From the NCBI GenBank assembly GCA_000004985.1, contig GG738934.1: a stretch of 64,000 nt of DNA. One strand, given 5' to 3'. The notes below the pieces were generated by a model, which ran no database searches, had not been told where the DNA came from, and saw only the letters and a list, made by a program, of their open reading frames with translations. Positions 33,184-44,769 of the stretch are shown here, in pieces. The position numbers were made by a program, and so were the translations under genes. The DNA comes from Naegleria gruberi. Its lineage: Eukaryota. The stretch's first letter is position 1, and each line of letters begins with the position of its first letter.

Positions 33184-33954
33184 NNNNNNNNNNNNNNNNN
33201 NNNNNNNNNNNNNNNNNNNNNNNNNNNNNNNNNNNNNNNNNNNNNNNNNNNNNNNNNNNNNNNNNNNNNNNNNNNNNNNNNNNNNNNNNNNNNNNNNNNN
33301 NNNNNNNNNNNNNNNNNNNNNNNNNNNNNNNNNNNNNNNNNNNNNNNNNNNNNNNNNNNNNNNNNNNNNNNNNNNNNNNNNNNNNNNNNNNNNNNNNNNN
33401 NNNNNNNNNNNNNNNNNNNNNNNNNNNNNNNNNNNNNNNNNNNNNNNNNNNNNNNNNNNNNNNNNNNNNNNNNNNNNNNNNNNNNNNNNNNNNNNNNNNN
33501 NNNNNNNNNNNNNNNNNNNNNNNNNNNNNNNNNNNNNNNNNNNNNNNNNNNNNNNNNNNNNNNNNNNNNNNNNNNNNNNNNNNNNNNNNNNNNNNNNNNN
33601 NNNNNNNNNNNNNNNNNNNNNNNNNNNNNNNNNNNNNNNNNNNNNNNNNNNNNNNNNNNNNNNNNNNNNNNNNNNNNNNNNNNNNNNNNNNNNNNNNNNN
33701 NNNNNNNNNNNNNNNNNNNNNNNNNNNNNNNNNNNNNNNNNNNNNNNNNNNNNNNNNNNNNNNNNNNNNNNNNNNNNNNNNNNNNNNNNNNNNNNNNNNN
33801 NNNNNNNNNNNNNNNNNNNNNNNNNNNNNNNNNNNNNNNNNNNNNNNNNNNNNNNNNNNNNNNNNNNNNNNNNNNNNNNNNNNNNNNNNNNNNNNNNNNN
33901 NNNNNNNNNNNNNNNNNNNNNNNNNNNNNNNNNNNNNNNNNNNNNNNNNNNNNN
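33184..33954. other. assembly gap (N-run, 771 nt)
   Basis: n characters. Confidence 0.99.
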
Positions 33955-34820
33955 ATTTGCATAAGATGCATACTGAAGTGATGGTTGTAGAATGGATCTC
34001 CCAAAATAATACTCGAAATCTTGAATTTTGTTGTGAAACTGCCACCAACTGAATTTTCCTTAATGAAATATGGAATCATCTTGGCAGAATATCCAGGAGT
34101 ATAGAAATTCAAAGTACTTCCCTTCTTATCTGGTGATAAATGAGGGAAAAGAGTAAAGAATCCAATGAGTGCATCTTGTAAATCCTTAACTACATATTTG
34201 GTGGCACCTGGAAACACTGTTTTTAATCTCAAACTATTTCCAGGAAACATTAATTTACCATATGATTCAAAATTCGAAACTTCAGTCGAAAATTGACTTA
34301 ATCCAGTTCCCAAAGGTGAATCAATGTACAAAACATGAGCAAATTGATGAAATGATTTTGAATTGAGCGTCAAAACTTGATTTGCATCGATTTGAAAAAC
34401 TCCATTTTCCTATTTTCATAATTTATCGTTACAAAAATATTAAAATAATAAATTAATCAAATTATAGTTCGGAAAAGACCAGTTTCGAATAAAAACTTTT
34501 CTAATCAAAATACTTACCAAGAATAACATTTCAGCAAAATAACAAGCTGGTCCACGATTCAACATGACTAATAAATCCTTTCTTTCATCATTTATATTCG
34601 AATTAGTTTTTGGAAAGTACCAATAGAATAATCTATCTTTTCCACTTCGGATAGGTAGATTTCCAGCATAGGATTTTGGTAGTGGATTAGTATCGGTGGG
34701 AGTAAACTTGGGAATGGATGTAATTTCGTTTAGTGTTGGTTTAGAATACTTTTCATCGGCCGCATGTATAAACGAAATTGTGATGATGAATAAAAATACA
34801 AAAGCCACCAATCTAAACAT
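33955..34820 (-). CDS. serine carboxypeptidase (S10 family)-like secreted protein; 5' two exons, middle lost in the gap
   Basis: ATG at 34820..34818 with signal peptide MFRLVAFVFLFIITISFIHA. Exon 1 ~34518..34820 ends ...LFYWYFP...LLVMLNRGPACYFAEMLFL. Intron gtaagt..gaaaatag ~34410..34517. Exon 2 continues ENGVFQIDAN...LYIDSPLGTGLS...YTPGYSAKMIPYFIKE. These are S10 hallmarks, but the GESYAG Ser motif is modified to PGYSAK. Confidence 0.65.
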
Positions 34821-35099
34821 TTTTTATGAATTGTTAATGTCAATTCCTTTCTCAATCTCCCATCATCAGCCAAATGTCTGATAATTAATTAAATAATAAA
34901 CAGTAAGTACTAATAGAGACTTTCTATTTATTTAACCTCAACAATTAATTATCAAATCATTGAATAATGCTCGATCATTTGCATTCCTAACAATTATATT
35001 TCCTTGGCTGAATGAAATGGTCTTTCGCGTATTTTTGCCAATTCTCCCACCAAAGAAAATCTACAGTTGAATTTATTAATGTAAAATATAGAATTTTAA

Positions 35100-35230
35100 G
35101 AAATATTCAAAATATTGAACTTTACAACTTCACCTTCTTCAACACCCCAAACAAATCGCAATCTCTTCCATCAAACTTTCACAAATAATTATTACAAAAA
35201 AAAAATGTCATTCCAACCACGAACAATTTA
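35100..35230. repeat. copy B of the ~130-bp dispersed duplicate (see 5457..5586); the ATG is followed by a stop after 8 codons
   Basis: Identical apart from 3 substitutions and A-run length. Here the reading frame terminates (ATG TCA TTC CAA CCA CGA ACA ATT TAA). Confidence 0.8.
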
Positions 35231-35510
35231 ATTTCCAAATAATAGGGATATTTCAAGTAAGTTTTGTTTGAGATTATTTGATAATTAACCTTCAAAAGAA
35301 TTGGAATTGACCAAGCTGGTATTGGCAGACAAACTCATGCCGCACTACCACAACTCTAATACTCGCTCAATAAAATACAATTACAAAATGGATATTGAGT
35401 TTAACGACATGATTTTTCGAGTACAGGTAGTAATAAAAGTTGAGTTTTAAATAAAGTTGAAAAAGAGAAAATGAAAGTTGAAATGCAAAATAATAATAAG
35501 TAATTCTGAA

Positions 35511-35578
35511 TGCGTCGACCGGGAATTGAACCCGGGTCACGGCGATGGCAACGTATTCTACCACTAAACCATCGACGC
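35511..35578 (-). tRNA. tRNA-Gly(GCC)-like gene, 68 nt, with a 3-nt deletion in the 5' strand of the anticodon stem; possible pseudogene or assembly error
   Basis: Reverse complement: GCGTCGA TG GTTT AGTGGTA GAAT A CG TTGCCAT CGCCG TGAC CCGGG TTCAATT CCCGG TCGACGC A. It has a perfect 7-bp acceptor stem, an A-box (TGGTTTAGTGGTAGAAT), a B-box (GGTTCAATTCC), a T-arm and the anticodon loop TTGCCAT (GCC). Only 2 nt (CG) remain where 5 are needed to pair with the 3' strand CGCCG. Confidence 0.6.
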
Positions 35579-35917
35579 TTCTTATTAAGATATTAAGGCT
35601 TTAAAATTTTACTTATTGAAACCACTAAAATTCTCTTTTCTACTGACTGTCTCAAAAATACTTTGTATTTTACTTTCTCAACAACTAGAGAAGGAGACTT
35701 CAATTTCAATCCAATAGTGACAGACAATGTAATGCCACATATCATATTTTATAACTACATCTTGGGAATTGTTATCTTGCTGTTCCATTTTTACAATTCC
35801 TTACAAAATCTCAGATAATTTAAGGGTCCAAAAATATCCTCCACCGTAAACCCCACATTACAGGAGCGCGATATATGTAACATTTCAGAGACCAAATATC
35901 AAAACTAATAAGAAAAA

Positions 35918-37504
35918 ATGTTATCAAATCATCGATGCATCTCTTCATCAGCTTTACAGCTCTTGATTCTTGTTTGCGCCGCTGGTATTTTCATCCTTAA
36001 TATTTTTGAAGATCAGCGTTATCAATATGAAGTTGGTGTTCAAGGATTTGATGAAGGATTTTTATTTGTTAAGGGTCATGGTGTAAATCAACTGAGAGCC
36101 TTACCTAATTTTCTGGCAAAATTGAATCAACAAATAGGAAAGATGGAGAAGAGATGTTTTATTAACATGAGAGGTGTTGAATGTTCTCCAAATAATGTCA
36201 GATCATTGTTGGCAAGAAATATGACTAGAGGTATGATGGATAATTTGATTGTGGCTGGTGTTGGATATAGTAGGGATGATCACTCAATTAAACCACAAAT
36301 ATTAAAATCAGCTCCTGCAAGTGGTGCTTCTGGTGAATTGACATTTACAAAAACAATGAAAACTGCTTACGAATACTTTTCAATGATTCATCCAAGTGAT
36401 GGTCAATCTGTATTTAATGGATTGTATAGTCATTCTGATATGGGAATTGATTTGATATTTTCAAAGTATTTCGAAGGTGATTTGTTTATTGTAGATGCCC
36501 AAAAACAAATCTTTACACATACTGTTCAATCGCTTGGTCTTCAAGTTACAGATGAATTCCAACAAATTATTGACATTTTGCCTGATCAAATGGATTGGGA
36601 TTTATACATGCAAGTTATCAATTCATTTGGTGATTCAATTGCAACTAGTATCAAGTATGGAGGTGTTGTTGATATGACTGCCTCAGTTAGATCTTGTTAC
36701 AATGATCCACAAATGTTACAATACCTCTCTCAGGAATTACAATTTACAATTGATGGATCATCAGATGTTTCCAAACTTCCAAATGGTTACATTAGATATC
36801 ACAAAGTTTCACAAGTGGACATTGTTGGTGGAAACCCTCAAATATCCAATATTCGTCAAAGAACTGCAACTTTTGCTGCAAATCCAGTCCCTGTCACATT
36901 TGACACAATTCCAATCTGGAGAGCTTTCCCAAATGGAGTTAAACAAGCAAATATGAAGAAAGTTTATGAAAGTTACATGCAAACAAGATCAAGAGATGTT
37001 CAAAACTTGATCAACTCCTTCAATGCCAAGAGAGAAGCAGAAGCCAACAGTCCTCAAACTTTCACAGCTTACAAACTTGATTTACGTACTAATCAATTAC
37101 AAAAGTTTGGAACCCCAATCAGTCTTTCAAGAGGGCTATCAGGAAGTATTACTGATGATACTATTTTTGTTGGAGTCTATATCAATAGCATGTATGAACC
37201 ATCATTTGTTGTTGGATTGCAACCTGTCATTCACAGAAATGCAGACGACACTTTCTATTTTGATTTCAATCGTGGCAACTGTCCAGTAGGTGCTACTACT
37301 TGTAAGATTAATCCTGGAACAAATACTGGACCAGCAAGTCAAATCTCTGCAATCTCAACAACTGGAAAGAACCAATGTATTGGATTAGTATTCAAAAATA
37401 CTGCACAAACAAGATATTCATCACCATATATGTATGTTTGTTCTGGTTGCATGCCAGTTGTTAATGGAAAGGATATTAGCTGTGGTTGCCCTTATGTTCA
37501 ATAA
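35918..37504 (+). CDS. hypothetical secreted or membrane-anchored protein (528 aa)
   Basis: ATG at 35918 after an A-rich leader. N-terminal hydrophobic segment LQLLILVCAAGIFILNIF. Long intact ORF with Cys residues clustered at the C-terminus; no domain recognised. Confidence 0.55.
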   Translation: MLSNHRCISSSALQLLILVCAAGIFILNIFEDQRYQYEVGVQGFDEGFLFVKGHGVNQLRALPNFLAKLNQQIGKMEKRCFINMRGVECSPNNVRSLLARNMTRGMMDNLIVAGVGYSRDDHSIKPQILKSAPASGASGELTFTKTMKTAYEYFSMIHPSDGQSVFNGLYSHSDMGIDLIFSKYFEGDLFIVDAQKQIFTHTVQSLGLQVTDEFQQIIDILPDQMDWDLYMQVINSFGDSIATSIKYGGVVDMTASVRSCYNDPQMLQYLSQELQFTIDGSSDVSKLPNGYIRYHKVSQVDIVGGNPQISNIRQRTATFAANPVPVTFDTIPIWRAFPNGVKQANMKKVYESYMQTRSRDVQNLINSFNAKREAEANSPQTFTAYKLDLRTNQLQKFGTPISLSRGLSGSITDDTIFVGVYINSMYEPSFVVGLQPVIHRNADDTFYFDFNRGNCPVGATTCKINPGTNTGPASQISAISTTGKNQCIGLVFKNTAQTRYSSPYMYVCSGCMPVVNGKDISCGCPYVQ

Positions 37505-37857
37505 GTAATCCAAACAAATATTGTATTTGTAAACAAATGTTTCCAGTTTCAGTATCTTAATAAAAACTATTTTGACCTTTGGGGTTTCAATACGAGATTG
37601 GTTCCTGTTCACCTGTCAAATTGCTTGCAAACGGCCAAAGGACAACTTTCATCTCAAAAAATTTTCATTTAATTTATCCTAATCTTTAACAACCAGTAAC
37701 TAAGTGGTATCCACAGATGACTGGAGATTTTAAATCAAAGCGTTCTGGATGAATGGTAATGAGTTCGGTAAAGGAGCAAAATATTTGGCTGAACTGGAAC
37801 ATTGATGTTTAGTATATTATCTTGATCAAGTTTTGGGACTCATTCAATAAAAAAACC

Positions 37858-40800
37858 TCATTTCTTGAACGACTTTCTTGCATGATAACCTCTATATCTC
37901 TTTTGAACCATAGTGGCAGAGTGGTTTTGAAGTAAACCTCTCAATGTTTCTACAATTTCCTTAACTGGTCTTCTCTTGGTATGATCTGTTTCGAGGCAAT
38001 TCTTGAAAACCTCAAAGAGTCCCATAGCATGTGGATTGTACTTTTTTCTGTGGAAGTGAATGTTATTCTTGTTATGTTGATCCCAAACCTCTTCAAAACT
38101 TGTTGGAGCTCCTTGCTTACTCTTCAAGCTCACCTTCTTTTTTACCAACACTTCAAACATGGAACATGCTGCACTGTACAAATCACTGGCGAGAACTGCT
38201 GGTTGACCTTCTTCTTGTTCAACAGGAAGATAGTGGAGTGTTCCACCGGCTACAGTATCCTTCTCCTTAACAGTGAATCCAAAATCTCCCAATTTGAGAG
38301 TTCCATCTTTTGCAAGGAAGATATTTTGAGGTTTCTAATTTTGCAATTAATTTTTCAAATGATAAAATGAGAAAACTTACAATATCACTGTGAACAAAGC
38401 CATATTCATGAATATGGGCAATGGCTTCAAACAATTGAAGAGTAAACTTGAGCATTCTTAAAGGTCTCATTGGTTTTGGTTTTCCAGTTGTAAAGCTCAT
38501 ACTCAGCTTGTACAAGTCTCCAAAAGTACAATATTCCATAATTACAATATTACTCTTAACGGATTTTCCATCAGTTGTTTCAGTATATGAAAAATTATCA
38601 ACAAATTGAACAATATTCTTGTGAGAGAAGAGTTTCAGACACTTGACTTCTCTTAAATAATCACTTTCTACACCCTCTCTAAAACGTTTCATTACATGAA
38701 CATCACCAGTGTCCTTGTCTTTAACTTGAAGAATAATTGCTGAGGCGCCATCACTCAATCGCTTTTGAACAATATATTTTTCCTTCTTTTGGAGGGAATC
38801 ATCAAGTTGTGCTACCTCTGTTTCAAGAATAACTGGCTTGTCTTGGGTGATTGGAGTAAATAATGGAGTACTAGTTGGTTCACATGCTTCTGCTTTAGCC
38901 TTAGAACCTCCAAAAATTCTTGACAAGAAACTGAAAATGGAAAGCAAATCTCTCCAACTAAATGAAAAGGAAGATTTTGATTTCGATTTCCTTTCTTGTG
39001 TTTCAATTTCCTCTAAAAACTTTTCACTCCTTAATTCACGGGTCTGGTCTAACTTTGCAGATTGTTGAGCCAATCTATCAATACCTCTATCCATACCTCC
39101 ACCATACGAATCATCATTATCATCGTATAGTATTTTAGGGCTTGAGTGAGAAGTTTTTCTACTAGGTGCACTACTTAATGATTTATCCATGTTCATCTGT
39201 GGCTTCTCTTCCTTTCGTGCTTGTTTCTTCTTTTTGAGTTTTTCTAATTGCTTTTTTCTTTCTTCCTCTTCATTAATCTCTTCCTCAATTTGATCCTTCT
39301 TTGCTTTTAGTTCATTGTTTTCCTCGACAGCTCTTCTTCTTGACCCTCCGTATATGTTCTTGGACCTTTTCTGCCTTTGATATTCTTCTTGTCTATTCCT
39401 TTCTTCATTGATTGCTTCTCCTTCTTTCATTTCTTCTTTCAAATCAGATTTTGGTACAGAAGACTCAAATGCTATCATATTGGCTGTTACCATAGTTGGT
39501 TTTGGAGAATACGGTTGGAACGAACTGCTTGTAGCAGCACTGGTAGTAAATGATACTGCACCAGTAGGAGTTGAAAGCTTGTTAGATGTAGTCCTAGATA
39601 ACATATCGTATTCTTGTGTTGAGCTTGATGAACTGCTTTGTTTAGAATCAGATTTTTTAGAAATCTGTTTTACCTTATCAGATGAAACATTTCTTGTTAG
39701 AGAAGGTGTTGGTGGTGCCATGCTAACTACGCTTCCTCTAGATGGTGGTGGAGGAGGACCTTCTTTTGAGTTGATAACAAGCGATTGAGATGGAATCTCT
39801 GACTGAAGTGAAGGTGGATAAACAGAACCTGGAAGTTCACCCATAGAACTTTCCTTAGCTTGCATGTTTTGTAGAGGAATATCTTGTTCTTCCTCCTCAT
39901 CAAAATCGGCATAGATTTCATTTTCCATCTCCAAGTCATCTTCATCAGATTCGTCCATGGATCTAATAATTGCCAATTCGTCTTGTTGTTGGCCAAAAGA
40001 TAGTGACGAACTTCGTTGAAGAGTACTGGCTCCATATGATTGTACCACCAAGGGTGTTAAAATTCCAACAATTTCATCAATGGTTGGTCGAGAATCTTCA
40101 CTTGGCGAAACACATCTACATGCCAAATCTGTTAAAATTTCAATTTTGGTTCCTGTTGCAATCTTTCCAAAGCGAGCAATAATTGTCTTTTTGAAATCAC
40201 CAATTTCTGAATCCCAATAGTCAGAATCAATTTGTTTGGCATCAAATTCTTCCCCTAATAAAATACGCATGAATAATGTGCCAAGCATGAAAACATCGTT
40301 TTGAGTTGTGAAAACTTCCTCAACACCTTCCTCAAATCTAGAATATACTTGAGGTGAAAAGTAAGACATGTGATCGTCATTCACTCCATCTACATTATTA
40401 TCCAATCCAAATGAAGGAACTGTGGTGAGAAATTCAAAACCTCCCTCAGTATGAAACATGGTAATATTTCTAGGGAGAATAGAGTTGTGAGTGAGCCCTT
40501 TAGCATGTAATTCTGACAACCCACTAGCCAAATCACTAAATAATTTCACAATACAATTCAAGTCACTGAATAACAGTTCCGAACCACTTTCTAAAAGTTC
40601 TTCAACTGATTTGACATTATTCAGTGTTGATAAACCTCTATTATACTTGAACAGGTACCAATTTTGAATGAGATCAATGGCACGACTGTGTGACTCATTG
40701 ACTTCTTCAACAAATGGTAACGAGGCCAGATAGAGAGTTCTTGTCATGCCACCATCCGACTGTCTCTCATAATATCCCATCAATGGAATGTTATGATTGA

Positions 40801-41140
40801 ACTTTTCCGAGTGTTTTGTATAGGTATCTACTCGTTTCCTCCACCTCTCATTGGATGAATCATTGACAGATATTACTTGCATGGAAATTAATGATCTCGT
40901 CTCTAAAACCTTCCCTGTTTGTTCTTCCCTACTTTGTATGAATTTGAGGGTGTTCATCATTCGAGACAAATCCAATGATTTGATATCCTGTGATCCGATT
41001 TGAAATTTATAGATAAATAATTGATTAGGAGAAGTTGATTGATTGAACATTTGTGGTTCCTTCAGCAGGGAATCAAACTGTGAAGCAGAAAGACAAGTTA
41101 CTCCCTTTCCGAGCATTGATGATCGTAATGATGCCAACAT
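37858..41140 (-). CDS. protein kinase with an N-terminal degenerate (pseudo)kinase-like domain, a Ser-rich/acidic coiled-coil middle region, and a C-terminal catalytic kinase domain; 2 exons
   Basis: ATG at 41140..41138. Exon 1 ~38381..41140 ends ...HEYGFVHSDI. A 45-nt intron gtaagt..aattag lies at ~38335..38380. Exon 2 37858..38334 continues KPQNIFLAKDGTLKLGDFGF... (HSDIKPQN catalytic loop, DFG). An upstream VAIK-like region (HVMKRFREG...) is present. The N-terminal domain has HAKGLTHNSILPRNI in place of HRD and no DFG. Confidence 0.8.
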
Positions 41141-41562
41141 GTTGTTTAATTATGTACAAAAATATTGTTGTTTGGATGATCCGATATCGATCTCGATAGA
41201 ATCTTCGTTAAAACTGTTTCTTGCTGATAGAGTTTGATGATGAAGAGAGATACTCTTATCGGGTGGTGATGATTTTGGCAGAGAGAAGATCCGTTGATAA
41301 TTTTTTAAAAATATGAAGGAACGAGTTCATTGTGTAATGCATAAGGTGAATGGGTTTTATGAGGAACATTTAAGAACTCCTTTATCCTTATGAAAACAAT
41401 GAAAACTGATAGGGCATGGTAACGTTGTTTGCTTATTGATAATTTGTGTAACGGTAATTTTTTCAAAAAATCAACAAATAAAAAATCATCACACGGCTTG
41501 TCGATACATTTTATCATTTTCTTTTTCTATTCTTCAGGTAGCTTGTTGTGGCATATGATTTA

Positions 41563-42291
41563 TTAAAGGAAGGAAATTTTGGACTCCAATTCTTCTGGTG
41601 TTGATTCTCTGCCCAAGATTGGATTTCTGAAGGGGAATCTACCAAACTTTTCAATTAAGTCATGATGCATACGAGCATACTTGACAAAGTATTGGAAAAA
41701 GCCTTTTAAATCTTCAGGAGCCTCCTCTACCAACAATTCATACTCTTGAATACATTGTTCTTGGTTCATCAAATTCTCAGAATGTTCTAATGGTAACAAG
41801 AGGAAAATCTTCTCAAAAGTCTTGAAGGAATTATACAACTGTCTATCCGAGAGAATTCTCTTACTGATTGCCAAAGCATACATATCAAAGGAGTAACTCT
41901 CTGCCAATCCTCTGTACATATTTCTAGAGAATTGATCAAACAAAATGATCAAACTAATCATTCCCTTCGGAGAGGAGAACCATTCTGATGATTTTGTTAA
42001 CTCTGCAAATACTTCCTCATTGAAAGTTGTTGATGAATTATCTTGAATTGTTGTCAACAACTTCTTGGCCATTTCTCTGCCCGAAATAGCCAAACTTTCA
42101 TATTGCTCTTTAATATCAGAATCAAGTTGTTTCTTCTGTTCGGGATCTTTTCCTGCTGAGAACCACACAGACATTGATTCTTTAATTCCATCAATTCTAA
42201 CACGATGTTCATAGGCAGTAATCTTGCCAAACCAGAAGGAGTAGACTCTTTCAATGTCTTCTGATGGTGATGATGCAATATGTTGAGACAT
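41563..42291 (-). CDS. DUF924 family protein
   Basis: The ORF-table start (42372) is GTG; the first ATG is 42291..42289 (MSQHIASSPSEDIERVYSFWFGK). Contains LFDQFSRNMYRG and the C-terminal FGRFPFRNPILGRESTPEE, both hallmark DUF924 motifs. Confidence 0.65.
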   Translation of the reverse strand: MSQHIASSPSEDIERVYSFWFGKITAYEHRVRIDGIKESMSVWFSAGKDPEQKKQLDSDIKEQYESLAISGREMAKKLLTTIQDNSSTTFNEEVFAELTKSSEWFSSPKGMISLIILFDQFSRNMYRGLAESYSFDMYALAISKRILSDRQLYNSFKTFEKIFLLLPLEHSENLMNQEQCIQEYELLVEEAPEDLKGFFQYFVKYARMHHDLIEKFGRFPFRNPILGRESTPEELESKISFL

Positions 42292-42611
42292 TTTCTTTTG
42301 ATTGTGGTTGTTGCAAGCTTGATAAAGATTCTTTATCTCATCAAACAATAGAAAATCTATGCGTATTAACACCGCATTTAGTCCGTGGTTAAACTTGACC
42401 TAAATGCATGATGATTTGAGAAAGGGCAGAAACTCTTTGTTTCTCCATCGATTCCTGAATAGCAACAGAACTTGAATTCTAAGGGATCATTCCTTAAATT
42501 GAACCCACTTGATTATTTATTCTACTCTCGGTTGTAAGTCACTGGTAATATATAATTCCAATAATATAATTTTGTAATATATTTTACAATAATTCATTGA
42601 AAGTAGATGAT

Positions 42612-43100
42612 TTACCAATCTCCTTCTGAGTGGAATACCAGGAAAAATATCCCACCAATGCCGTATGCATTAATTTCATATTCAAAACCTCCAAGATGAC
42701 ATTCGTACAATTCATGATATCTGAAAGCTTGTAATCTTCCAACCTTTTCACATAATTTCTCTAATTTCTTCATCATTGGCTTATGTTCTTCCGGATAACT
42801 AAGTGCTTCACGATCACTCATTGGTTTACCCTTGTCCATTCCTTTCATCAATGCAATTGTTTCAGTATTCAAAAGTTGTGGAACTTGATGATGGGGATGA
42901 CAATAAACTCGAGTCTCATGTTTTGATTTGTAATCAACTGTTCGATAGTACGGATTCATCCGTTGAATACTCCACAGATAATTAAATAATTCATTGATTC
43001 GTATGGTGTGTAGTCGATGGGCTTGTTGTTGTCGGAATTTTGCAATCAAAAGTGGAGAAGATTGTAAATCGTTGAAAATCAAAACAACACACGATGACAT
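42612..43100 (-). CDS. hypothetical protein (162 aa) with two Cys-His motifs (YCHPHH, YECHLGG)
   Basis: ATG at 43100..43098. Intact ORF; no confident family assignment. Confidence 0.45.
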   Translation of the reverse strand: MSSCVVLIFNDLQSSPLLIAKFRQQQAHRLHTIRINELFNYLWSIQRMNPYYRTVDYKSKHETRVYCHPHHQVPQLLNTETIALMKGMDKGKPMSDREALSYPEEHKPMMKKLEKLCEKVGRLQAFRYHELYECHLGGFEYEINAYGIGGIFFLVFHSEGDW

Positions 43101-43415
43101 TTTTTAAAGATTTGTAACATTTTACAATTTATTATGAAACTAGAATGGGCAATTTCAATATTCACCTCATCATTTTACTTTAATATTGAGAAATTTGTTA
43201 TTCTTTCAAAAATCATCACATGAAATTTACAACAAAATGTCACATTAGACCAACTGAACTATTTATGGCTCTCATTTCATTACACTCTTAGAGTTTTCAC
43301 TGTGTAGCTTCATTATCAACAAACATGAACCTCAAACAAGTTGACTTCCTTTCTGATGCCAGCTATCAAAGTCAATTGCCAAAATTAAATTGTTGCCCAT
43401 AAGAAAAAAATTATC

Positions 43416-44722
43416 ATGACTGACGAATATGCCAACCTCTCAGTGTCCACCACCACCACTTCGGAACCACACGACCTCCACTCTAAAACAACCTCCACAA
43501 GTCCCATGTCACCATCATCTTCACCTCATTCTCCCTCTGTTGTGGTCACTAGACATTCCTTCCAATCCTATCATCAACTTGTAAAATCATTCTTCACAAG
43601 AGGAAGTGATAGGGAACAATTGCTGAATCCATTCGATGTTACTCTCTTTCATAAATCATCTCTGGGTAAATTAATGTTAATTTCCGACTATTCGAATCAT
43701 AGAGTAATGATTTGCAAGGCAGAGGATGGAGCTTTTGTGAGTGAGATTCATGTGAAACATCCACATGGAATTTGTGTGGATGAAGTTAAAGGAGAGTTGT
43801 TGGCCACCGACTGTAACGATCATCTCATCAAGGTTTTCAGAATTGAAACTGGACAATATGTGAGAAATATTGGAAAGGGTTGTGGAACACAAAATGGTCA
43901 ATTTAATGCACCATCTGCAATTTGTTTAGATTTAAAGAATGATTGCATGTTTGTTAGTGATTATGGAAATAATAGGTAAATTTTCATATTTTCCAAATCC
44001 GATTTAACATTTAATTTTATATGAAATTTTATTTAACATTTAATTTATTAATTTGTTAACAACAATTAATGAATATTTAAAGAATTCAAAAGTTTAAATA
44101 TTCAACAGGTGAATTTATTAAAAGTTTTGGAAATACTCCAAACAAACATGTAATTACCAATGAGGCAGTAATTGTCGAGGAGAATCAATCATTGAAGAAT
44201 AAGGAAAGGACAATCTTGGACAAGCCATGGGGATTATCATTGGATAAAATTGAAGCTTCTGGAATAATTCATCATGTGCTCTACGTTTGCGATACAAAGA
44301 ATAATTGCATTAGATTATTCGATTCAACAAATGGAAACTTTATTGGAAATGCAATTTCAAATGCCAAGACTGTGACTAGTCATTTATCAAATGCCACACC
44401 ATTTCTTAAAACTCCATACGCTGTCATTGTTGATGGCAATCGTTTATTGATTTCAGATAGTGGAAATCATTGTGTTAAAATTTTCACAAAGCCACGATTG
44501 ACCATGGCCGATCCAAACACATTGACCATCCTCAAAGAGGGTTACTATGTCGACAGTATTGGACGACATAATTACATCTACGAAGAGGTTCCATCCTTCA
44601 TTCAAAATATTAAGGAATTTCCAATAGAATTTAGCCATAATGTAGGTATGGCTTTGGATTCCTTCAAAGGAGAATTATATGTGAGCGATTGTTCCAATCA
44701 CAGAATTCAAATCATTAAATAA
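43416..44722 (+). CDS. NHL-repeat protein (6-bladed beta-propeller type), 2 exons
   Basis: Exon 1 43416..43975 ends ...FVSDYGNN+ag. A 107-nt intron gtaaat...tttaaag lies at 43976..44082. Exon 2 44083..44722 begins a|ATTCAAAAGTTT, giving ...NNRIQKFKYSTGEFIKSFG..., the canonical NHL repeat xNxRIQVFxxxGxFxxxFG. Further repeats: HRVMICKAEDGAFV, NCIRLFDSTNGNFIG, HCVKIFT, HRIQIIK. Confidence 0.8.
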
Positions 44723-44769
44723 TAATACTGTACTAGTACTATTACTATAAATAATATTATTTATTTCAA

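Noticed and set aside
33089-34373. ORFs of ~300-400 aa spanning 33125-34052 on both strands
   Set aside because: They span the 771-nt N-run. Only the non-N parts were used (plus-strand phosphoesterase-like start, minus-strand carboxypeptidase exon 2).
35511-35578. Alternative folds of the tRNA-like gene giving a different anticodon (for example a stem GTTGC/GTGAC with loop CATCGCC)
   Set aside because: That fold leaves no variable loop before the T-arm and puts A at position 33. The Gly-GCC reading with a 3-nt stem deletion fits every other conserved position.
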